DNA of 55,811 bases, the filler included, from Jimgerdemannia flammicorona (Eukaryota), in assembly GCA_003990765.1 (NCBI GenBank). It is 3 parts of 3 records of this genome, joined end to end, with 100 filler letters (N's around TTAATTAATTAA, not from the genome) between each part and the next. Parts side by side here need not be neighbours in the genome. Positions count along the whole stretch, not along the records: positions 18,639 to 37,176 come from RBNJ01002186.1; 2 more parts are not named here. One strand, 5' to 3'. The notes under the pieces are model-generated. The model was not told the DNA's origin and did not search any database. It worked only from the letters and a program-made list of their open reading frames with translations. Position numbers and translations under genes: made by a program. Of the stretch, positions 24,690 through 37,276 are shown piece by piece. The stretch's first letter is position 1. Every line of letters begins with the position of its first letter.

Positions 24690-25295
24690 GAGATTTTGAA
24701 ATGAATTTTGAAAGACATTTCAAAGAGATTCCAAAAGAGCTTCTGAAAGAGATTTTGAAGAGATCCAAAAGAACTTCTGAAAGATATTATAGTTTTTGAA
24801 CATTTAATATATTAAAAGCTTACTTTTATCTCTAGTTCTTTGCTTTACCTTCTTCTTTGCTTTGTCTCATCCTTTACTTCATCTTGTCATTTACTTTATC
24901 TCATTTTTTACTTCACCTCATCCTTTACTTTGCTTCACTTAATTCACTGCTAAATTGAGAGTATATAGATATAGCTAACTGATTAATAAGTATTTACAAA
25001 GTTCTTTAGATTTTTGATCTGAAGTTCAATACTTCTTAGCTTGCTATCCCAAAGCTTAGCACTTTAAAATATCTAACTTACCAACACTCAGCCTGCCAAG
25101 CTTTCCAACATCCAGGTTGCTAAGCTCACTAACTTCCAGCTCACTGACCCTCAGCTTTTCAATCTTTAGCTTAATTACTAACTCACTGCTATATAGCTTG
25201 CTCTGTTAGATCTCTAGCTTTTTAACTACTAGCTTACTATTACATAGCTTACTCTCCTAGATCCCCAGCTTCCTGACTGCCAGCTCACTGCTGGT
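24690..25295. repeat. Short degenerate tandem repeats in the Gypsy leader
   Basis: ~12-bp GAGATTTTGAAA-like units at 24690-24785, TTTACTTCATCT-like units at 24840-24935 and CAGCTCACTG-like units at 25070-25295. Confidence 0.55.
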
Positions 25296-25345
25296 CTACA
25301 AGCACTAGGTTCACCCACCAGATTCTAATAATATAGCTCAAAAAA

Positions 25346-25348
<3 letters not shown>

Positions 25349-25380
<32 letters not shown>

Positions 25381-25760
25381 CAATGTCATAAAAATTTTCT
25401 AATAATATTCAAAAAATATATATCCTCCAGCTTCTAAGCCTAGGCCAGAGTGTAAATCTTACTACAATTGATATTTTTGCTATTGAGTTTGCCTAAGCAC
25501 TAACTAGGAGTATTGCTAAACTAATTTTCCCAATAGACTTCAAGAAGACAAAGTCTTTAGAAAAAGCTTTGAGGGTGGGGCTGATAGTTGGGGAGATAAC
25601 AGTTCCAATGAGATGGTGCCTGCAGTGAGACCCAAGAGTGGTTCAACTTCTAGTGAGAGGAGTATCTATAGTAACTACTTTGAGATATAGAGGAGAGTAG
25701 AGAAGGTTATAGTAGAGTATAATAATATTGTAGTTATCAGATTCTGGGTCACCTCAATCT
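25349..25760 (-). mobile_element. Poly(A)-tailed retroinsertion interrupting the Gypsy-1 5' LTR; far boundary uncertain
   Basis: A T29 run starts 25 nt into the LTR-like sequence and is followed by unrelated, more GC-rich sequence. Confidence 0.45.
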
Positions 25761-26599
25761 TCTCTAGTCTCTGCCAAAATCATCTCAGTCATTTGCTTCA
25801 AGATCAGTCTCAGAACTATCTTAATGATTACTACAGTACTGCTATATCTATAGAACTCATAGAATGTATTTTTATTATCTTTGGTACTATTTTCTTAGTA
25901 TATTTTCTTGTTCATGAGACTTATTATTATATGGATATAGTCCATAAGTCTACCACTTTCATACATGGCTGTAACAACAATATTATATATATCTGGAAGA
26001 TCTCTTATAAGTATTATAACCTTATTATCATTATCAATATAATCTACAAATATACTGAGAAAATTCACTTAATTTATCAGATTGTCAACACAACTGTCAT
26101 ATTCATAGATACTCTTCTTATATTTTATTTATATGTATATTAAATAGCTGAGATTTCAGATGGAATTGATTTGATTTAGATATTTATATATGATGATTGC
26201 ATAGGATCTCTCATACTTTGTTAGTTATTATAGTGTGTATTATAAGTTTTATTTGAGAATTCAACAATATAAATATAATCTTACATAATTCTCAGTAATT
26301 ATTTATAATATCATAATCTTGAATCAGTACTTATGGCTTTATATATTCTACTAAACTATATTTATTAAGAAGATTCATTATATATAATATCTAGATCATA
26401 TAATCTTTTCTATCAAAGATTAGGATAGATCTTTTGGATGTGTTTATGCTTAGAACTGGAACTGTATTTCTCATATCTATTGTGATTATATCTGTAGAAA
26501 TACTCATAATTAGTATATCTATATTATTAGGCTAATTATTTAATATTTCTAGTATTATATATATTAAAGAAATATTTATTTGCTATAGCTGCTTAGTAC

Positions 26600-28176
26600 T
26601 AGTAGAGCTCATAATCTTTGATATAAAAGAGGTAATTTTATTAAAGTTATATAGATCATATATTTCATACATTACTGATGAATAACATAAAACTAATAAA
26701 ATAGAGTAATTATATATTGATTTATCAAGTTGCCATCCCAATAGATACAATAAGCTCTTTACTACTAGTAAACACTCTTTCAACTAGTACACTTGTTGTA
26801 GAAATAGCTAGATAATCTTAAGCTATATCTTAAATTAGAAAAGTCTATCTGATATTTCTATAAATTTAAAATAAAGAATTTTAGAGCTAAAAACTTTAAA
26901 AATAATTATGGAAATTTTTATTTCCAATTAATCTAATATACCAATACTCTTTAATAAGACTACTTAATCAATAGACAAACATATTGTAAGCTTATCTATT
27001 AAAGATTCCCTTTTTCTTTTTTTACTATAAAGATACTATATAATAAATTATTTATATAGTTATTTAAACAAAAGTTAGAGTTCAGTAAAGGTATGTAGTT
27101 TTCCCAATATATATTAGTAATTGATTACTCTGCCTTCTCAATAAATTCTTTTTTTTAGCTTTAATCTTTACAATATTGAAGCTTTAATTATAGATCTAAA
27201 ACTGATCAGATATTCAAATTATAATCAAAATAATAAAACTTCTTATTTTAATTTATAAAAAGTAATACTTCACTCACTAGTACTAATAGAAAATACAGAA
27301 GTAACTATTTTTGAATAATATTTTTAATAGCTTTCTTTTATCTTGAGGAGATATATCATCATTTTCTAATAAGTTTAATAGGTCTTCAAGTTGATTAATT
27401 AAAAGATTGTACATCTGAATTGTAGAATATATTATTGGAAACTTTTGCTAAACAACTTCTTTTATATATTCATTAAATTTCTAGAGTAAAATAAAGAGTA
27501 AAAGTATAACAAAAAAATCAAAGATACTAATATATAAATACTTCTCTACTCACCTCTAAAACTTTAACCACTTCTCTCAATTTTGCCCACTCATTCTCTT
27601 TAATTATCATATCTCACATTTCTTTATCTATAGTAGTAATAGAATCTAGTATCCAAATTATATATATTTAAATAAGTTAATATTAATTAATAAGTCTAAT
27701 ATTATTTTATAATATTATTATTAATAATCAATATAATATAGCAAGTATTAGTACTTATTAAATTATTATAAATGTTAAGTTCTAATATATACTACTATCC
27801 AAATAAGTTCTTTTGAATTGAGATTAATTACTTTATATTATATAATAAGTTTTTTCACTATAGTAGTAATGATTGAATTGTAATAATTAATTTGCATAAC
27901 TTTGAAATAGTATTAGAGCTATTTCTAGTTTCACTTTAATTACCAAATAGTTGTGTGAGATAATCTTAAGCAGTAAGTTTCAGAACATAGGTCTGATACT
28001 ATAAGATGATATCATTTATCTCATATACTTTATATAGTATTGATAGTTAGAGAAGAGATACTTCAGAGCTCCTTTTTCTGCTATCATACTGATTACAAAG
28101 TTTTAGTAAACAATCTTTCAAGTCTTCTTCTCATAACTTATATCTTTTCTACCTTGGGATAATTTGCTATATCTAC
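26600..28176 (-). mobile_element. hAT transposase relic, split by the Gypsy-2 insertion and continuing at 36939-37175
   Basis: Dimerisation motif DYLAISTTSVLVERVFTSSK at ~26755-26815 (consensus DYLAIPATSxxSERxFS). ENEWAKLREVVKVLE followed by a GTGAGT intron at ~27555-27600. ISKLCK and LIWD..NLT relics at 27770-27910. Confidence 0.7.
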
Positions 28177-29710
28177 TGTCACATAGTGATCACTGAGTCC
28201 TTTAAATATACCAGATTCTCTTTAAGGTGTATCTCTTAGACTAACTCAAGTTTATTATAAGTAAGTTCTTATTGGAGTGCCTTCTCAAGGTATTATAGTC
28301 CTCAAACTTCTTATCTTTAAACTGTCTTGTTATCTCTTAGATTGCTTGCAAGGAAGTGTGTATATTATACTGAGTTGACTGACTTTATTTTAAAGGAAAT
28401 AAGAGGAGTATTTATACAAAATATAATTCAATGATTGCTAAGATATAAAGCTAAATATGAATTTCAATAACTAAAATAAAATGCCAGGATAGGAAAAACT
28501 GATAAGTTCCAGAGTTGGTACTGATGGTTATACAGGTTCAGGATGCTGGTATAATTCAGTATCACATCAGAATGCTAGTGCTGGAACAATCCTGCATCAC
28601 CTCAGAATGCCATTGCTAGCATTATTCAGTATAACTAAGGGACTTAGAGCAGAATATTCAAGACCATAGGGGCTTCATCCTCATCAGAGGTCAGGATATC
28701 TTCGAAGAAGATGAGATCCATGAATGTCTCATCTGTCTCATTGTTATCATCACATAGGTTATGCAGGATGACATCATTGCCAATGATGTCATCATATTCA
28801 GTGGCAGCAGTGGGAACAAGGAGATCTGGAGCTCTCTAGTCTATAAGGTTCTCTTCCACAAAATAAGGAACAAATGTGGGGTCTTGGGGAGGTCTAACCT
28901 GGATGCTTAGGCCTTGGAATACTGAGTTCAATTCTTGCAGGAATTGGTCTGGGTTGTCCTGAAGGATGGGATGCCAGAAGTCTTCTACTTCATCACTATT
29001 GAGGGTGATAGTAGACTGGGCTTCTGTAGCCACTCTGGCTTCTAGTACATTGATACAGCGGGATAATAGGTCTCTGAAATCTGAGACTCTAACATACTCC
29101 AAGTTGGGGATCAACCATGGTGTATGTCTGAAGATCTGATAGATCTTCTTAGCTATTCTTGTTTTATATATATCTATGAGAGTAGTATCTTGTAGCTCTT
29201 GAGTGCTGGCCTGTGGGAACTCCTGGCAGAGAAGATTTTCTATTTCATACTCTTGCCATATTTGGAGGCATTTGGTAGCAATGGTGATCCTTGTTTCCAT
29301 TTTATGGCAGTAGAGGATATAATGATAAGGGTGACCAGTATTTAGGTTAACACTAGGAGTCCTTCTTGAGCAGGTCCTCATGACTCTTCTGATGTCTTGG
29401 AATATTCTTTCTTCAACTGAGATGCCTTGGTAGTTCCTTGACCTTGAGGTTTGGCAAGCAGCAAGCATTTTGTTTGTGATAAGTCTTTGAGTTATTTTGG
29501 GATTAGTGGGTCTTATTGGTTGCTGCTACTGCAGTTCCTTGATCCTTCCTTTATATTCCTCAAGATACTCATACTGTGATCACAATGACTCACAGTTAGT
29601 TATCATTACTTATCTCATATGCTATATAATCTTCTTGTGCTCCGATCTGGTGGCTTGTAAGGAAAGACTGTCTCCTGTGCTGATGTCATCATTCTGGGGT
29701 CACCATTATA
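28177..29710 (-). repeat. 3' LTR of Gypsy-2
   Basis: Direct repeat of 35410-36938, abutted by the PPT. Confidence 0.93.
28644..29468 (-). pseudogene. LTR-encoded ORF of unknown function (~274 aa, one premature TAG in this copy)
   Basis: A 210-aa ORF continues past TAG 28836, which is TGG in the other LTR (DLIDWRAPELL), to an acidic tail ending DEAPMVLNILL*. Confidence 0.7.
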
Positions 29711-32700
29711 TCTTCCTTCTGAATAAGAATCTTCTTAAGCATTCTTATTCATTAGTTCAGTTCTGAAAAATTTACTGATCCCATAACCTCTGGCAAGGGG
29801 TCGAAAAGTGGTATTTATGGGCTGGCATCTTTTCTTTGTATTTCAGCATATTGGTGAAGGGTCACTCCCTTCATATATGTAGAGCAAGGGCCTGATTCTG
29901 ATATTGACCAATCAGTTGATGATTCAAACTCCTCTGGCTTTGAAAGTCTCACAGATAAGTAGTTGCTGGTGCCATATCTCTTAGAGAATGGTCCAGACAG
30001 ATAGTCTGCTGGTCATGGGACATGTTGTTATGATTTGCAGACTAGAACCTCATGGGCGGTCATTACATTTTACTTCTCTTATATAGGTTCATGGTGCTTC
30101 TTGAGTCTGTTCCTATGTACTATAGTAGGCAGTATGGTCCCTGAGATTTTTCTAAGCCAGAAGGTAGTTTTCTTGATATCTTACATATAGAAGGGTCCTT
30201 TTCATTTGGGCTCCAGTTTTTGTGACCATGAGGCTTCTACTATATTTCGATATAGTAAAACCTTTTCTCTAATTTGGATGGGTTCTAAGGTCTTGTAGTT
30301 CTTTTCTACATTCTTCCTTAATGCTTATAACTTGATGATGTAATCTTCAGCCTTCTTCCTGATTTGGTGTAGTCTCTGGATTTCCACATTGATCCATCTC
30401 CAAGTTACGTCTAGATTTGTAGCTGAGGTTTCATCAGAATCTTCTTCTCTGAAGAGCAGCTCTCTTGGGGTAAAGTATGTGCTCTGTAACTATATATCTT
30501 GTAGGATAGAGAGGGCAGTTGGGAGATAGTTATCTCAATTCTCATATGTCTCTGAGATCTTTGCTACAATGTTCTTGAGGGTCTTATTGGTTCTCTCTGT
30601 CTGTCCATTTCCTTGAGGGTGATATGCAGTGGTCTTAATGTGCTGGATCTTATATTTCTGATATATTATCTCATGGAATCCATTGACAAATTCTGTGCTG
30701 CAGTCTGTTGTTATTTGCTTTGGTGTCTTGTAGTAGCAGATGATTTCTTGGTACAGGAAGTCAGCTAAAGAGAGAGCATTGGCTTCTTGTAATGCTTCTA
30801 CTTCTATCCATTTAGTAAAGAGGTCTACAATAACTATAATATAGCAGTTTCCTGATAGTGTGCCTGGTAGTGGCCCAATGATATCTATTGTGATGTGGTG
30901 GAAGGGGATAGACCGAATTCTTGATGACTCGGGTGCCTGGTCTTACTGATCTTGTTTCTGTTTTTGGCACTTGTCATATCTTTTGACAAATTGGTACAGG
31001 TCTTCTTCCATCTTGGGCCACCACATGGTTCTTCTTGCCTTATCATATGTGTTGATTCCTCCTAGGTGTCCTTGCTCATGTACTTCCTTCATTACTTGAT
31101 ACTTCTTGTATTCAGGTATTACTAGCTTTTCTCTTTTTCTGAGTATAGTGTTGTCTAGTTCAAACTGTTTCCAAGTCCAGTTGATGATAGTGATTGTCCA
31201 GGGATCAAGGTGGTTGGACATCTTCGACTGTCCAAGGTAGCTGATTAATCTATAGTATAACTCCTTATTCATGTTGAGTAATCTTGATGGGGGTGTTTCA
31301 GGGTATCCTTAAGAGTGCATCAGCATTGGTATTGGTTTTTTCTAAGCAGTGCTTGACAGTACAGTCATACTCTTGCAGCCTGTAGATCTATCTGGTATAT
31401 ATTTCTTTGGGGTTCAGAGTGTGGAATAGCCAGGCAAGAGTAGAATGGTCCATTTGAATGGTGAAGTATTTCCTAGCTAGGTAGTAGTGGAACTTGTCTA
31501 CTACTCAGACTACTACTAAGCATTCAAGCTTGCATAACTTGTAGTTCTGTTATGCTCTATAGGTACCTCAGCTTACATAGGAGATGACATATTTATGTCC
31601 ATCTTTCTTCTAAGCTAGGACTGCTCCAAGTCCAATAGCACTTGCATCTGTCTGCAGGATGAATACTAGGTTCCAATCTGGTCTTCTGAGGATAGGTGCT
31701 GGGGTCAATCTGGTCTTGAGTTTATTTAAAGTTTCTTGGCATTTCTTGGTCCATTTGAATTTGATTTCCTTCTTCAGTAGCTCATAGATAAGTGCTGTAA
31801 TGTTGGAGTATTCTTTGATGAATCTTCTGTAGTAGCTGGTCAGTCCAAGGAAGATATGGACTTCTGTAGTTGTTCTGGGTCTCAGGTAGGCTGCAACAGT
31901 CTCAATCTTCATGGGGTCTGTGTGGATTCTAGTCTAATTGATGAGGTGTCCTAGATAGGCAACTTTCTGGACTGCAAACTTGTATTTCTTAGGCTTGATA
32001 TAGAGGCCATGCTCCTTGAGCTTCTTGAGGGCTAGCTGTATATAATTGACATGTTCCCATGCAGTATTGCTGAAGATGATCACATCATCAATATAGACAA
32101 AAAGCCATTTTCCAATCTCATTGCTGAAGACTCTATTCATCATTCGCTGGAAACTTGCTGGGGCATTGTACATTCCAAATGGCATTCACAGGGAGATATA
32201 GGTGGCATCAGGTGTGATGAAGGCTGATTTCTCACTAACATCTTAAGTGAGACCAATCTGATAGAAGCCTGAAAACAGATCCAAGATGGTGTAGTATTTG
32301 GCTTCACTTCTAAGAATGGTAAGGATTTTTTGAATATTTGGCAAGGGCTGCCTATCCTTCTTGGGATGGTATTGAGCTTCCTGTAATCAATGTAGAGTCT
32401 TGGTACAAACTCTCTAAGCTTGCTTCCTTTCTTTGGGGTGAGGACAATGGGTAAAGCCCAGGGACTGATAGCTTGCTTGATAATTCTGGCTTCTTCCATT
32501 TCCTTGAGTTCTGCTTGCAGCCATTCTCTGTAGGCAGGTGGTATGGGTCTGGCTTTCTGGTAGATGGGCTTGGTATTACCAGTGTCAACTTTGTGGTAGT
32601 ACTTGGGTTCTTGGTTGTGGATATCCCTGAAGTCTGTAGCAAGTACTCCTTCATTCTGGTGTAAGATCTTGAGAAGTTGTTCTTCCAAAGGAAAGTTTTC

Positions 32701-32779
32701 TCCAATAGTATATGTGTGCTTGTTCTGGTCCTTATCTTTCTTATGCTCAAGTTCAGTAATCTTGGTAGTGGCATAGGCT

Positions 32780-33165
32780 CCTCTTCTAGTAGATCCAAAG
32801 CCTTGTTCTCCTCTCTTGGTCTTGATGAGTTTGATGGCTTCAGTGATCTTGGGTTTCTTGATTTCATAGATCAGCATCTGGCCAATCCTGTTATGCTTCT
32901 TGACTTCGAATGGGGTGGTGGGGTTGTGATTCCTGACTATGAGGAAGATCTTGCCAGTGTAATCAGGGTCAATTACTCCTCCTTCAACTGAGATTTCACT
33001 TTTGGCCAGACTGCTCCTGGTCTTGATAATTCTGGCATAGTTCTCTGGCAGCTTGACTTCAATTCCAGTGCCAAGTAGAGTGGTGGTCTGTGGTTCAAGG
33101 ATAGCATCTTGAATGCTGGCAAGGTCCATTCCTATAGCTCCTTCAGTCTTGTATTCTGGGATCTT
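32780..33165 (-). CDS. dut: dUTPase domain within Gypsy-2 pol
   Basis: All five trimeric dUTPase motifs are present: GMDL, RSSLA, GGVIDPDYTGKI, RIGQ, RGEQGFGST. Lies directly upstream of RT. Confidence 0.92.
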
Positions 33166-35409
33166 GGCTTTGGGATAGAACTTCTTGACTTTGAGGGTGA
33201 TATCTGGTTCTTATTCCTCCTCATTATCACTATCAGCCTAAAGCTCTGGGGGCTGGTCATCTTCTTCAGCTTTTCTTTTTGCTTCGGCAGCTTCTTGCTT
33301 GTGTTTCTGTTGGCAGATTTTCCTGACTTCATGGATACAGGACCAGCAGTCATTCAGGTGTTCAGAGCAGTACATCCTGGTATCATGGGGACATCTTCCT
33401 TGAGGGGCATAGCTATCAATGATCTTATTATACTACTGCTCATCTGTGAGCTTGGGTGTCTTGTTCTTGTTCTTATTCACCAAGTGTATGAAGACTTCTG
33501 TGTCCTCTTCATCTCCTTCCTTTATGTCTGGTAGGACTCCTTTATAGATATTGATAGAGACTCATACCTTTCTCTCTCTATAGTTGATCTACATTTTCTG
33601 GGCATTGAGGTCAATGATGGCCTTGGCCTTATGAAGCCATTGGTTGCCAATGAGGATGTTATAGTTGGTGGTGCTTGTAACAATCATGTCTACTGGGATG
33701 GTAGCTCCTCTTATCTTGATGGAGACTTCTCAGATTTTGCCAAGGGGGGTATCTCATGTACCATCTGCTGTAACATAGACTATCTTGGTGGACTCTTCAA
33801 TTTCCCAGCCTAGGCAGTCAATTGCATTCTTGCTTATAAGGCATCCTCCAGCACTGGTATCAATGATGGCATCAAAGATACAGTCTTCAATCTGGTATGG
33901 GGTATAGGCTGATGTCTTGTGCTAGTCTTCATATTCTTCACCTGAGTTTTTGGATTCTTCTTGTGCATTGTGAGCTTCTACAATCTTGTACTCTTGATTC
34001 TTGGCAGTAGTTACAAGTCCTACTCTCAACTGCTGTCTGAAGGCAGGGACTTTGGCTAGCTGTCCAAAAGTAGCATTGACCTTCTATTCCTTGAGGTCCT
34101 TGTAGATATCATACTGGTGGATCTTGGTCTTGTGCAGCTTCTATTCCTTCTTGCTTTCACTTTCTCCTGAGACTGGAGTAGTGCCTTCAATGATTTGACA
34201 GGCAGCTTCATCTAACTCCATGTCTTGATCAATCTCCTTAGGTTGAGTCTTACTTTGAATAGTGACAGCTGGGGTCTTCTTTGGTCTTCCAACTGGCTTG
34301 CTATTGCTCTTCTTGTCATAGGGCTTGGACCAGGTTCTGGTACCTTCAGTAGCAGGGTAGAATTCAAGCTCTTTGTAGTATTCTTCATCATCAGTATCAC
34401 CAATCTCCTCGATGACTACTGTATTGGTTTGTTCTCTGGTTCTGCCAGCATTGCTTGGTTGGGCTTTGCATCTTGTTTTGGTCATGCGATTCTTTGCATA
34501 GTGGCCTTCTTCTCTACATCTAAAGCATGTGATATTGCATTCTTCTATAATAGCTGCAAATCTCTGCACTGGTCTCCTGTTGGCACTTCAGACTTCTCTA
34601 ACAACATCACTAAGGTATGCAGTCATCTCAGTGAACTGCTTGGTGAGTTCCTCCACCGGGTCAGCTTTAGCTGTCTTGGGGGTAAGTGGAGATGGTTGTC
34701 TGTTTATAACTGTGGTAGGTATAATACTAGTTGGCTTTGATGGCTCCATCTTGATGCTAGTTATTTTCTCTATTGAGTGTTCAGCAGGGTGTCTGGCAGT
34801 CTAATATCTCTGTGCAAAGACCACTTTCTGATCAAGAGTCAGTGCAGCTGGGGTAGACCAGATTGCTAGGGCAATTTCAGGGTGAACTCTTTTGAGGAAG
34901 GTTGAATCTGCTATTTGTTCCTTGAGGACATAATCATAGCCAGCCAAGACAATCTGGTGGCAGATTCAGGTATAGAATGAGTTGGAATTTTCACTAAGTC
35001 CCTAGCAGATAGTATTAAGTTGATTCTTAAGAGCTTGCTTGATCTCTTTAGTATAGTATGTTATTCTGAGGAAGGCCTTCATGTTGGCAAGTTTGGCTAC
35101 ACCATTATTAGCAATAGTAGCTGTATTGAACTTGTCTCTGGCAGGTCCTCTGAGGCTGACTAGTAGAAGAACCAATTGTGCATCTATACCAAGGGCTTGT
35201 ACAGTGGCAAATTGTTCAAAGTCTTCAATGAAGGTCAGGATTGACTCTTCAGTAGTATATCTATAGAATGTGGGGAGACATATTTCTATCTTATCTTGAA
35301 TTCTTGCAGGGGTGACTCTTGTAGTCAGAGTAGTTGTTGTGGGGGTTTTTCATTTTTTAGCTTGAAAGTGAGAGATTTGTCTTAAATCACCAGCCAATGG
35401 GTACCAAGT

Positions 35410-36938
35410 TGTCACGTAGTGGTTGCTGAGTCCTTCAAATATGCCAGATTCTCTTCAAGATATATCTCTTAGACTAACTCAAGTTTGTTATAAGCAAGTT
35501 CTTATTGGAGTACCTTCCCAAGGTCTTATAGTCCTCAAACTTCTTATCTTTAAACTGTCTTGTTATCTCTTAGATTGCTTACAAGGAACTGTGTATATTG
35601 CACTGAGTTGACTGACTTTATTTCAGAGGAAATAAGAGGAGTATTTATACAAAATATAATTCAATGATTGCTAAGATATAAAGCTAAATATAAATTTCAA
35701 TAACTAAAATAAAATGCCAGAATAGGAAAAACTGATAAGTTCCAGAGTTGGTACTGATGGTTATACAGATTCAGAATGCTGGTATAATTCAGTATCACAT
35801 CAGAATGCCAGTGCTGGAACAATCCTGCATCACCTCAGAATGCCATTGCTGGCATTATTCAGTATAACCAAGGAACTTAGAGTAGAATGTTCAAGACCAT
35901 AGGGGCTTCATCCTCATCAGAGGTCAGGATGTCTTTGAAGGAGATGAGATCCATGAATGTCTCATCTATCTCATCATCATCATTGCATAGATCACACAGG
36001 ATGACATTATCACTGATGACATCATCACATTTGGTGGTGGTGGTGGGAACAAGGAGTTCTGGAGCTCTCCAGTCTATGAGGTCCTTTTTCACAAAATAAG
36101 AAACAAATGTGGAGTCTTGGGGAGGTCTAACCTAGATGCTTGGGCCTTAGAATACTGAGATCAATTCTTGCAGAAATTGGTCTGGGTTGTCCTGAAGAAT
36201 GGGATACCAGAAGTCTTCTACTTCATCACTATTGAGGGTGATAGTGGACTGGGCTTCTGTAGCCACCCTGGCTTCTAGTACATTGATATGGTGGGATGAC
36301 AGATCTCTGAAATCTGAGACTCTAATATACTCCAAGTTGGGGATCAATGGTGCATATCTGAAGATCTGATGGATTTTCTTAGCTGTCCTTGTTTTGTATA
36401 TATTCATGGGAGTGGTATCTTGTAGCTCTTGAGTGCTGGCCTGTGGGAACTCCCAGCAGAGAGGTTTCCTATTTTGTACTCCTGCTACATTTGGAGGCAT
36501 TCAGTAGCAATGGTGATCCTTATTTCCATTTTATGGTGGTAGAGGATATAATGATAAGGGTTACCAGTATCCAGGTTGACACTAGGAGTCCTTCTTGAGC
36601 AGGTCCTTATGGCTCTTCTGATGTCTTGGAATATCCTTTCTTTGACTGAGATATCTTGGTGGTTCCTTGATCTTGAGGTTTGGTGAGCAGTAGGTATTTT
36701 ATTTATGGTAAGTCTTTGAGCTATTTTGGGATTGGTGGGTCTTATTGGTTGCTACTACTACAGTTCCTTGATTCTTCTTTTATATTCCTCAAGATACTCA
36801 TACTGTGGTCACAATGACTCACAGTTGGTTATTATTGCTCATCTTGTATACCGTATGATTTTCTTGTGCTCCGATCTGGTGGCTTGTAAGAAAGACTATC
36901 TCTTATGCTGATGTCATCATTCTAGAGTCACTGTTACA
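35410..36938 (-). repeat. 5' LTR of Gypsy-2, containing the second copy of the LTR ORF (~35877-36696)
   Basis: Direct repeat of 28177-29710. ORF pieces 36147-36500 and 35877-36092 match the 3' LTR ORF. Confidence 0.93.
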
Positions 36939-37276
36939 CTACTCAAGATAGTGGAAGAGAGGCAATAGTGATGATTTATCCCTTTATCAGTATCAGATTA
37001 GTACTTTTTCTACTTTTTTATAGTTTCTGGTATCTCTAACTATATCTGGGGTATACCTGTTTTGATATAGTACTTTCTTTCTCTTTGCTATCATCAATAA
37101 GATATTATCTCAGTATATTACAGACTATATGAAGTTGGCTGACTCAAGTGCTAGTATAAGTTATCTATAGGTTGTTNNNNNNNNNNNNNNNNNNNNNNNN
37201 NNNNNNNNNNNNNNNNNNNNTTAATTAATTAANNNNNNNNNNNNNNNNNNNNNNNNNNNNNNNNNNNNNNNNNNNN

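Larger units (their letters stand above)
10457..25348 (-). mobile_element. Gypsy family-1 copy B (gag-PR-dUTPase-RT-RH-IN), heavily degenerate, with a nested LINE
   Basis: 3' LTR 10457-11593 (TG...CA). Integrase relic ~12200-13100. RNase H FILYTDA ~13540. RT IVYIDN ~13980. dUTPase ~15010-15390. Protease ILINTG / ILGTNW ~16750-17020. CCHC knuckle CFYCRQFRHYITEC ~17660-17700. Gag YLEEDPREFLDRIEE ~18480-18530. Repetitive leader 24530-25300, PBS-like TGGTGGGTGAAC at ~25306-25317 and the first ~25 nt of a 5' LTR at 25324-25348. Continuity across the gap at 18539-18638 is assumed. Confidence 0.72.
28177..36938 (-). mobile_element. Full-length Ty3/Gypsy LTR retrotransposon (family 2): gag-PR-Zn-dUTPase-RT-RH-IN, degenerate
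   Basis: LTRs 28177-29710 and 35410-36938 (TG...CA, ~1.53 kb). TSD CTAC at 28173-28176 and 36939-36942. PBS-like TGGTACCCATTGG next to the 5' LTR and PPT AGAAGGAAGA at 29711-29720. Gag knuckle CFRCREEGHYAKN. Protease IIDTSA ~33860. RT MPFG..YIDD. RNase H LQTDAS. Integrase H..GHLG..D(K)C..YHPQGNGQ. Confidence 0.95.

Noticed and set aside
25793..26143. 116-aa hydrophobic ORF and similar Ile/Tyr/Leu-rich ORFs in AT-rich blocks
   Set aside because: These are compositional artefacts of C>T hypermutated TE sequence.
29469..30023. Upstream in-frame extension of the LTR ORF to an ATG at 30023 (env-like ORF3)
   Set aside because: The frame matches, but about 12 stops in 185 codons is close to random expectation, and one TAA is part of the conserved LTR terminus.
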